Shown here: positions 54,590 through 64,000 of the stretch, one piece after another
How the letters are laid out: every line of letters begins with the position of its first letter
How positions within the stretch are numbered: position 1 is the stretch's first letter
Notes under the pieces: generated by a model
What the model saw: only the letters and a program-made list of their open reading frames with translations
Told to the model about the DNA's origin: nothing
Database searches by the model: none
Origin: Dimorphilus gyrociliatus
Lineage: Eukaryota > Animalia > Annelida
Reading direction: 5' to 3'
Length of the DNA stretch: 64,000 bases
Assembly (NCBI GenBank): GCA_904063045.1
Contig: CAJFCJ010000021.1
Span: forward strand, 124,001 to 188,000
Translations under genes and position numbers: made by a program

Positions 54590-55469
54590 GTAAGGCATAA
54601 AATAACCTTTTTTATTGAATTATCGTCGGTTAAAGGGTCGGTATAGCCAAATACTTTTGTTATTACAAATTAGATCGCGGGTTTATATGAAATTTTTATA
54701 ATGCGTTTCTCATTAATTTAAGAAGATTAATGTATTCAATAGCATTTTTATTAATTGCTGTAAAGGTAGAATAAAATGTTAAAAGAGATATTTTATATAG
54801 AGAGAATGGAAGCTGTTAACCAAAGAAAGAGACAAAACGATGATAATTTTCGACGCCCCTTATCTATTTAAATTTTTAAATTCATAATTACTAAGAACAA
54901 AGTGACGCTTTAAGACGTTTTTTATTTTAAATGTTAAGACAGTTACTTTATTCTACTTCCATTTGAAAACAATTTGTCATCTGTTGAAACAATCCGGAAG
55001 ATTTAAGTAAGATTACTATACATATCTGTGGCATTTATTACTCTATAATAATTAGAAAATAGATAGACAGACCTTTGTTCTGAATTTATATGCAATAAGT
55101 CATCTTTTGTTACGTTTATTCTTTTACTTTCTATTATACATTTCAATAAGGCACAATATAAAATATTTAAGGCATCTACTAACATGGCCGACTTTTCTGT
55201 AAGCTAATTCGCCATTCAGAGACGACAAACACTTTTATTTGATTGACAAATTCTATAATGAGAATATTAAGTGATGACGATAAAAGAGAAAGCTCGTCAA
55301 ATAATAAGATAAAACTAAAATAAAATATCTCTTATGAAACCGTCCCTTTATCGACCAGTGCATACACTCATTAGCCTGGTTTATAGGACTATAGACACAG
55401 CTAATTATATCACTTCTTCAAGATTCACAGTTCGTAAACCTTTCCCGCATTTTTCTCTATTTAATACAG

Positions 55470-55553
55470 GAGTCAACGTGGGTCTATGGGAGGATTGCTT
55501 CGAAAATGCCACGATATTGCAGTTATCGAAGATTTGCCCGCATTCTAAAACTT
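55470..55553 (+). CDS. Tetraspan variable exon 2b (alternative extracellular loop 1, GLW-C-C)
   Basis: Acceptor tttaatacag|GA. Encodes GVNVGLWEDCFENATILQLSKICPHSKT. The only phase-1 donor found is the weak ACTT|GTAGGG, so the 3' boundary is less certain. Confidence 0.75.
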
Positions 55554-57031
55554 GTAGGGACAATATTTTCGTATATGTTTATAAGATTTACAGGGAATTT
55601 TTATTTCATTCAAACGTTAAGATCGTTAAATAACTTGAAAGTACTTTTATAAATTAAATTCTATAAAAGACCCTATCTTATTATAAGGCATAACTTTTCT
55701 ATCAATCATAGAAGGAAGAAAGGCAATTATTAATAGACAGCAACTCACAGTCTTCTATCCCTTACGAATCAAAAATTATTAATACTCTATGTATTTAAAA
55801 GTTTGATAGATATATTTTCAATGCAACAGTCTAAATCTTATTCCAGTTTTCTCCAAATCTATTCAATGTAGTTAGTATAAAGAAGATACGAAAGAAACGC
55901 TTTCCATAAAAAATATGACTTTGGTCTGATTTATTATCAAAACACGAAATATAAAGGGAAACATAAACATTTCTCTTCTCTTATATAATCCAGTTTATCT
56001 AAAAGGAGTTGTAAATACATCTTAGTTATAACTAATGAGCGTTGTACAATCAGGAAATATTACTAAAAAATTAGACCCTTCCACAAAGAGATTAAGCTGG
56101 TAAACAGAAGCCATTTTTCATAAATGACTAGGTAAATATAGAATAAATTTGTTTAAATAGAAACGCTACATTCTTGATTTGGTCTAAAGCGTTTTCCTTT
56201 TTCTAATTTAATGCAAACCTTATCGTTTAGGCTTCTTTTTAAATGAAATACTGATTCGTATATAAATTAAATTTTTTACTTGTCAATGACGCATTGAAAT
56301 TTCCGGTAACAATTTTTAGTGTTAAATAGTATATTAATGATAAACTATAGAGGATATTTTTATAGCAGATAGTAGAGACTTGATTGAATTCTATTTTTAA
56401 CGATGAAGAAACCTTGTAATCTGAGTTTGGGGAGAAAATGATAAATATTACATATATATCATCCTATTTTCATAGTCGTTAGGAGTAAATAAGGAAAATT
56501 AGTTAAAATAACCTATATACAGCTTTAATAGATGTAATAAGTTAGGGTTAAGGATTGCAGAAAGAGTAAGGGAATAGAGAATGAGGGAAGCGGGGGGGTG
56601 GGGAAAGAGAGTGCGAAGAATGATAGCCGAGGCAAAAGAAACAGTAAGAGACGGAGAAAAGGGGGATAGAAAGGGGAGCACAATTCTATTCGTATAAACG
56701 TCGAATGCAAATGGGACAAATTGCGTTTGTAATCTTATAGAATATAAGGTACAGTAGTTTTTTTTCGAGTACTGGAGAGGCTGACTAGTTTTTTTCTTTT
56801 TCTTTATTCCATTTTTTGCCTATTCGTTGAGTAAAAATTTGATCAACGTAACTTGGTGGATTGGGACAAAAGAGAAAGGGAGCAGGGACGACGGGAGGGG
56901 AGAAAAGAATATAGGAAAAGGAAGGGGAGGAGATAATTTTCCCTTTCTATTGCCTTGTCTATATCCCTTTTCTTCGAAATGTCGCTCTGCTTGGCGAAAC
57001 ACTTTTATTTTTTTGCTTTTTCCGATTACAG

Positions 57032-57181
57032 ATTGGCAGAAAGGCGTTATCGGCCTGCTTATTTTCTCTGTTGCCTTCGGATTTTTGGCTACTATATTGG
57101 CGCTTTGTGGCGTTTGCAGTTTACATTTATCCAAAAAGATATACTACTTTCATTCAGCTGGTGAAATATTTTTTGTCTGTG
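57032..57181 (+). CDS. Tetraspan shared exon 3 (TM2-TM3)
   Basis: Acceptor tttccgattacag|AT and donor TGTG|GTAAGT, phase 1/1. Encodes WQKGVIGLLIFSVAFGFLATILALCGVCSLHLSKKIYYFHSAGEIFFVC, aligning by eye with TMEM47 (DWQ..L.LL). Confidence 0.9.
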
Positions 57182-58567
57182 GTAAGTATAAAGGCCTATT
57201 CAACTTTTAATCGACTGGAAAAGAATCCTTATAAGTTCATTAGGTGTGATATGTACATACTCTCTTCTCCTTTTCCTTTCTTTCTTGTTCTATCATTCTC
57301 TTATTCTCTCATTCTTTTATGTCTTATTTGTCTTTCTCTCAATGTTCCCTTTCTTTCAAATCCACCGCTGTTTAGCCTTAAAGTTTCGTTCATAAGAGAG
57401 AATTCATTTTCTGCCACAGAGAAGAAATAAAAGTTTAATTATGTCGGAGGCGCGGTTCGTTAATCTGTAAATTTATTTTTAAACCTTTGAAATTGTTTTA
57501 GTATAATCTAGGTGTATAATATTATTTTGCAAGGACTTGACAGTTCTTCTACATCATACTATATAAGTAGATATTTTCTAAGTGCTGAATTATAGAAACA
57601 CGGCAACAACAAAAAAAAACACACAGTATACTGTATGCTCATATATATATACATATATATATATACTCATACATGCGTTCACAGTTATGTAGTTGAGTGC
57701 ATTTCTATATTTTCCGTACACATACAGCAAATTAATTTTCAGTCAAGCTTAATACATATTTGCATCCAAATCTTTAGTCACCTCTTCAAAAGGTACGTGT
57801 TTCAAAATGGAAAAGACAATGAGAAAAAGAGAGAAAAATCGATAAATAACTAATCGTTTCTTTTAACAGTCATTTCCTATTATTACGCTTGATTAGGCTT
57901 TTGGTTTATTATCTGACAAACTTTTCTGAAATTTTTTTTTATTACGATAAAAGAGAGTTTGGAAACAAAAATTCTTCGAAAAATAATACACTATTTATAC
58001 AATATATAAATGACCTAGGCCTATACATTAAATAATAAATATTCATAATAATTTTCGTGTTTCTTTGAATAATCAACAAACTAAATCTTGTTGTTTTTTT
58101 AAAAAAAAAGAAGTAACTTATAATTTGCTTATAGTAAATAAAAATACTGTTGTTAAAAAAAAGGATAAAAGTGTAAAAAAATATATAAAAAACAAAGAAA
58201 GAAAGAAAGAGGATATTACTATAAATCATATTATATTACTCATAAGATTTTATACAGTTCAAATTCATCAATCATAAAATCTCTTCATCTTACTATATTT
58301 AGCAAAAAACATTTTTCTATCTTTTTTTTAAAGGGTTTTTTTTTACATTTCTTAACAAGAAAATGTATGTTCTAATGAATATACATAATCATGTTAAGGT
58401 ATAAAATTAAAAGAAGAAATCATCACAGAAAACAGGATTTTAATACATGGTTAAACGTTTAATACATCTTTCGTTTGAGAGTAATAATACTTATGAATAT
58501 AACCTCAAAGGGTTTCTATATATAGAGAAGTCTATTTTTGATAGATAGTTGTCAAACCGTGTATTGA

Positions 58568-59273
58568 GGCGCCATCTCTATACTATAGTTTAGTCAATTT
58601 TAAAATACTATCAAATTATTAATATATTCTTTGTTGTTTTTTTTTCTACAGCTTTAGCAACGATAGTAGCAGTAATTGTCTATCCAGTAGCTATTAATAT
58701 GCAAAAGAAGCTGTTGATAAAGACGTATGGCTTCGGTTATGGTTTAGGATGGGGTGGAGCTTGTTTCTTCCTAGGTTCAGCCTTCTGTATGTGCTTCGAC
58801 AATTTTGTTAGGACAACGAGTAATCTAACGTGTTGCAAACCGCCTATGAATAATCAGCGTTCAGTAGTTTAATTGATAATTAAATGCTTTAAGAGATAAT
58901 AAAGAAAAAGGAAAAGGAATATTACTCTGAAGAATTTGCTCACTATGCTCTAGTCTTGCTAAACTTGTATATACATCATTTAATCTTAAGAAGTAAAAGA
59001 ACGAATATTATGATTTCCTAGTAAAAAATTAGGTCATTAATTATTTCATCTCATAATATATATGTTTAAAAAAAGCGACTAAAAAGGACAGAACAATTAA
59101 GGAAACGAAAGTGATCTTTTTACAATCTGCTTCAATTTTATCACCTCTACTATTATTTCCATCTCTTTAATTCCGATGTCTTGTTTTCTATTCCTTTAAT
59201 TATATCATATATTAAACAAGAAGAGAAAGACTACGTGTTGCATAAAAAAATGTTTAACAGCGCCATCTGTGAA
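58568..59273 (-). promoter_or_regulatory. Two reverse CTCF-like motifs flanking the last tetraspan exon
   Basis: GGCGCCATCTCTAT at 58568 and GCGCCATCTGTGAA at 59260. Confidence 0.5.
58652..58872 (+). CDS. Tetraspan shared exon 4 (TM3 end, ECL2, TM4, C-tail ending in SVV)
   Basis: Acceptor tttttctacag|CT, phase 1. Encodes ALATIVAVIVYPV..YGFGYGLGWGGACFFLGSAFCMCFD..QRSVV*, where YP and GYGLxWG are hallmarks of TMEM47/PERP. Not in the ORF track. Confidence 0.9.
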
Positions 59274-60863
59274 CATTAATATAATTTTTATTCTTATTAT
59301 ATGATCTATTTCGTTGAAATAAAAGAATTTCCATGAGGAGAACTTTGTAACTTTATTTAAAATGTAAATTAAACATCTTTAATTTAATAATTCTAATTCA
59401 AAAATAATAAAATACTAATTAATTAGTTTTTATTGCAAAAAAATGGAAAGTTAAATACCTTTAATACGATAACTTGAAAAACTATTTAATTAGAATGTAA
59501 TATAATTACATAATTAAATATATCTATATAATTTACGAAAATAGGAAGAAATTTCTTATTTTTTTAAAACGACAACAATAATAAAGAATACTACTTGGAA
59601 TATTTTTAATAAGGGAAAAAAGGAGGCCAAAGTATATTCTGTAGCAGCGATTAAACGTTGTTAAAGTGAGAAAAATTCTTAAGCAGTTTTTTTTTCCCTA
59701 CTCTTAGAAATAATACCTTCCCTTTGAAGATGTATTAATAAATTAGGAAAAACAACAACTAACAATAAAAACAACACTCAAAAATTCTTCTGACATCGTT
59801 ATTACATAAAGACAATTATTGAATATGAAGAAACAAACCTATATTTTCTATGTAATAATCAATTAAAGGTAAGGTTTGAAGTTGAGGAAAAATCAAATTC
59901 TCTCGGTCCATAAGTTACTGTTGAAATTTGAGAATAATCTCGTATTTATATTCTAGAGTAAGTTGTCATATTTCTAAAGTACACATTGAAAAGCCATAAA
60001 TAGACACATTGAAATTCAAAGTAGTTGATTAGACGCTAAAAGGTTAATATTGTTTAAGAAAGAAATGTATGATAAATTATGAGAAATTGTATTGCGTGGA
60101 AGAGAAGGACAATAAGAGAAAAAAAATTGCTTATGGTACTTTTATATTCATGTTTATAAATGAGAAATTCAATAGCAATTTCAACTCGAGAGAGACTTTA
60201 ATCTGGCTTTCTACTCAAAGGATACATCATATAACAATAGGTCTCGGTTTTTCCATCAATTGTTATATCTCTTTACTATTCTAAGAACTTAAGAGTCTGT
60301 ATATTTAAGTAAAATTAATGAAGACATTGGTAAGAATTTTGTCAAATACGTTATTTAACAATCCGCCTACTTGGACTGATAAAAAAGAAATAATACATAG
60401 TATTCCCAAGAATTAAACTGATTACATGATAAATTAGTTAATTAGAATAAATTCTATTTTTGAACTATAAGGAGAAAGAAATACTTATTGTCTTTAGTTA
60501 AACATTTTTAATTTAATAGTTCAAGAAACAAACCATTTATGTAACCGAAACAGACATCTAATTGATAGCAGTCTCTTTATCCCAGACGAAATTTATATCC
60601 ATGAAAAGATTCTCTATCAGACTGGAAATTTTCCGACATTCATCGTTTTTAATCGGTCTGAATTGGTACAATGTAAAAAAAATTGGCATAAGCTATTGTT
60701 TGTATACGTTACACTAATTACACGCTTTACTCTTATCAAACAAATAACCGTAGCAGTTTTGGATAACAAATGAGGTACTTGAAAATGATAATTAGATTAG
60801 CATATTATTATAAAGCCTGCCTTTCGTCAGTTGATGTCTCGGTGTCGTATTGGAAAAATAATC

Positions 60864-60944
60864 ATGAGTAAAGCCGTTTGCCTCATCGTTCTCTTTGCCC
60901 TGGCAGCAGTTCACTGTGCCGAAAATTCAAAAGCTAAAGTTAAA
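60864..60944 (+). CDS. Neuropeptide precursor, coding exon 1 (signal peptide)
   Basis: MSKAVCLIVLFALAAVHCA-ENSKAKVK. Donor AAA|GTAAGT, phase 0. A 56-nt 5' UTR intron is plausible at 60775-60830. Confidence 0.85.
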
Positions 60945-61857
60945 GTAAGTTAATTATACTTAATTAAATATCTCCTTTCTATTGCAGTATACTGTAAATT
61001 TTAAAGTTAGAGTTGGTAAAATATTACCTGTAAACTTATTATAGGCTTCTTTTGAAGTAATACTAATTAGTAGTTATAAAAGTATATATGATTTATTAAT
61101 AATCAAAAAAATGACTGAAGAATTGTTTCAACAAACATTTTTAAAAAAAAGAAAAAAGCAAGAGAGACGTTTTATCTTTCTTCTCTTCTTTTTATCAATT
61201 TCCTTGCTGTAAACATTTCCAAGATTTTTTTACTTTTTCTTCAGTTTTTCCTTTTTAAATAATAAAAAAACCTTTAAAAGTAAATGAATTTTTTAAGACT
61301 TTTTTCTAAAATATATATAAAAGTCATTCTATTGAAATTATTGTATAGAATATGACGTTGCCTCATCAGCAACAACCTTTATTCAGGTTGCAAACTGTTA
61401 AGATTTTTCATATTGTGACTTGATTACATATGAAGTGATATTGAACGTGACTATTTCTTTTGCTACTTCTCCTCCTTGCTGAGAAGGGTGATGAAAGTAG
61501 TCATCATTTAGATTACTTGTGCAAAATATATAAATATATATATATATATATTTTATATGCGAGTGCAATTAAATAATTTGAGTATTCCTAATGAACAAAC
61601 GAAACAAATCTCATCTTCGTAATTTTTGGCTTTTTCTATCACTATTACTCAAATATATATAGAAATTGCTAAGTTAATAGAAGAGTAATCTTAATACTCT
61701 AATAGATAAATAAAAAAGATTCATTTCTTTTACTCTTCTTGCCTTATTTAAAATAATTTTTAATAGAAATAAACAATAAAATGTCTAAAATATTTTAATA
61801 AAGTACTAATTTTCACTTATATCTCTACACATAGTTATATAAACAACGTCTTTCTAT

Positions 61858-61860
<3 letters not shown>

Positions 61861-61891
<31 letters not shown>
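61861..61891. repeat. (AT)n microsatellite
   Basis: Pure AT run in neuropeptide intron 1. Similar runs occur near 9660, 20186 and 50177. Confidence 0.95.
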
Positions 61892-61893
<2 letters not shown>

Positions 61894-62313
61894 GTATATA
61901 CAGTATATCTATATCTATATATATATATAAATGGATTTAGCTGTATCTTTAGTAGCTATAATAGTGGAAATAAATGTTTTCAAGTAATTATCAGCTATCA
62001 CAATGCTGGTACATCAATTTATCTTCTCTTAGCGCTATTTTCTTTATTTATCAAATTGTTATTGTATAATATTTTTATGTTCAAATCTTTTACGTTCAAT
62101 TTTAATCTTCTAGTAGTCTTTGCAAGTTCTTGTTCTTTATAGAATTCACTAATTATACAAAAATTTATGTCTAATTTAAATATCTTAATCGTTAACGCTA
62201 CAAATACCAAGAATTTCCATTATAAAAGAAGGTTAAATAATCATCATTTATACATTAGTCTTTAAGGAGAATAGAAAAGACTTTAAAGGTAATTTTAATA
62301 TTTAATTCCGTAG

Positions 62314-62460
62314 AGAGATCTGAATGAAATTGGTGGAGGATATGTTCCATTTGGGTTACGAGATTTAGAAGGGATTGGCGGAGGATTTGTACCGTATAAC
62401 GGAAAAAGAGCTTTAGACGAAATTGGTGGTGGTTACTTGCCTTCATACGGAAAACGAACG
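62314..62460 (+). CDS. Neuropeptide precursor, coding exon 2 (three IGGG peptides; orcokinin-B/FCAP/pedal-peptide-like)
   Basis: Acceptor aattccgtag|AGA and donor ACG|GTACGT, phase 0/0. Encodes RDLNEIGGGYVPFGLR DLEGIGGGFVPYNGKR ALDEIGGGYLPSYGKR T, i.e. repeated peptides with G-K-R amidation/cleavage signals. Confidence 0.92.
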
Positions 62461-62563
62461 GTACGTAAAGAAATAAATAAAAAATGACGAGATAAGGAAG
62501 AGTACGAAAAGAAGAAAAAAAATAGAACATACATCATTAATACTTATACCATTTTGTTGACAG

Positions 62564-62620
62564 GCATTCGCTGTGAGGAAATTAAGAGAGATGGCCAAGA
62601 AACACGATTTAGTGGTATAA
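62564..62620 (+). CDS. Neuropeptide precursor, coding exon 3 (C-terminal peptide)
   Basis: Acceptor ttttgttgacag|GCA after a 103-nt intron, phase 0. Encodes AFAVRKLREMAKKHDLVV*. Whole precursor is 94 aa. Confidence 0.78.
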   Translation, partial: AFAVRKLREMAKKHDLVV

Positions 62621-64000
62621 ACATATATTTATTAAATATGATTAATTAATTATTGCCTTTTTCTTTCCATTTATCTCATTTCTTTTTTATTTTCATTGAC
62701 AGCAAAATTGAAGAGAACAAACGAAAGAAAGAAAAAGTAACAAACGAATATATTGGCTCTATTTGATTTCTTTTTTCAATGAAAAATTAAAAGATCAATT
62801 ATATAACAATTTCATTTTCAAACTTATAAAAGTCATTTATCTTTATTTTATATGATTTTCTATATCCATACATATATACGTATTTATTATGAGGAAAAAA
62901 TTGTGGATACATTAAAGTTCCGTGTAGTAAATGTATCTTCCTCTATTAGATAGACAAAATGATTATGTAATGATCATCCATTATAAACGATAAAGCTACT
63001 ATATTTTAAAAAATTTTTTGTGACACTTATATACTTTTTAATAATCCGGTTCAAAATATTTCCTTCCATATAAAAAGAAATAAATGGAAGTATTTGCATA
63101 CACGCCCTCTAGTTCTTATATAAAAAAAACCCCAGATATTAAATTTATATCATTAAAACTTAGATTTACAATACCAATAAATAATTAATAAAACAATTAT
63201 GATAGGTCACTGTTTAAGGTAATCTTTAAACAAATTGAAAATTCTTTAGTTTTGTAGGGTCTATCTACTCTGTCTAGACAGATAGATTGCAGTTTCACTA
63301 GTAATTATGCTAACATGTTTTGAATAAATCATTGCAAACTCTAAAAGGTAAAAGAAGCTCTAAGGAATGAAAATTTTTGCATAATTCGCAAGAAATAAGT
63401 AAATATTAACTAAAACGGTTAGCATACTTGGAAGTACTTTTAAAACGAAATCATTAAACAAACGTAGATGACTAAAAGTCACATCTCATCTGATTTTCAG
63501 GTAATTTGAGCTAAATAGAAGAATCTGCTGTAAAACATTACAGTTTTCAAGCTTGATGAAACTAAATTCATTCTTGACAGCTCAGATGGTTTATCTTACA
63601 GTTGGTAGAACCTCGAATACAAGAACATAATTTTCTTTTAAAGATTTTCTGAAGGATGTAGTATTATAAATTATAGAGGAATTTTCTCCGAAAGACAGAC
63701 CACGTGCGTTTATAAAAGCTAAGAATGAAAGTAAATGTAGGAGACTAGACTAGATACTCTAAAAGACCTATTTACCTTTTCCTGTCGTCTTCTCTATCGT
63801 GAAAACTTTCTTAACGTGGGCGTTAAAACTAAACTATCTTCTTGAACCGAGATTAATCGTATTTCTGAGTTGATCAATACGTAGTCTAGATTTAATATAA
63901 TTATTTTACAGCTTGGACGTTATAGGATGAGAGATAATTTAACAAAACTTCCAAATTTTAAACGATTAGAGACAGAGGAAAGAAATAGATGTAAATCCTT

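Noticed and set aside
56827-57031. ORF extension upstream of tetraspan exon 3
   Set aside because: Intronic: it precedes a clear pyrimidine tract and AG at 57031.
18763-60830. Acceptors just upstream of several start codons, suggesting spliced-leader trans-splicing or operons
   Set aside because: Cis donors are visible upstream in several cases (e.g. the 56-nt intron at 60775-60830), and genes are far apart and on mixed strands.
62259-62288. Possible 30-nt extra exon (SLRRIEKTLK) before neuropeptide exon 2
   Set aside because: It would need a 25-nt intron, and read-through is out of frame.
1-64000. CRISPR arrays, prokaryotic operons, tRNA/rRNA/snRNA, transposase or RT ORFs, hammerhead cores
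   Set aside because: None recognised by eye. The DNA is intron-containing animal sequence. Short ncRNAs could be missed without an Infernal/tRNAscan search.

Overview
Eukaryotic (animal) genomic DNA. It is very AT-rich, has GT-AG introns and many (GA)n/(TA)n microsatellites, and shows no recognisable transposon, rRNA, tRNA or CRISPR. Gene content and several short introns (56, 103, 247 nt) suggest a compact invertebrate genome, probably a lophotrochozoan such as an annelid; this is inference only. Six protein-coding loci can be rebuilt by hand from splice signals. (1) Fezf/earmuff zinc-finger TF, first exon only, minus strand, running off the left edge. (2) FNDC4/5 (irisin precursor)-like single-pass FN3 protein, minus. 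(3) Type I membrane LRR protein, minus. (4) DC-STAMP-domain/C4C4-RING protein of the DCST/sneaky/SPE-42 family with an unexpected N-terminal SH3-like domain, minus. (5) TMEM47/VAB-9-like claudin-superfamily tetraspan, plus. Two different two-exon cassettes (TM1 + extracellular loop 1) appear to splice onto one shared pair of C-terminal exons. (6) A three-exon neuropeptide precursor missed by the ORF track, plus, encoding three xLxxIGGG(Y/F)xP peptides of the orcokinin-B/FCAP/pedal-peptide type. A CTCF-like motif (AGATGGCG core) is strongly over-represented, and its sites form divergent pairs between genes and convergent pairs across genes. The strongest candidates for new biology are the variable/constant tetraspan locus, the SH3-DC-STAMP-RING architecture, the oriented CTCF-like scaffold and the neuropeptide precursor.
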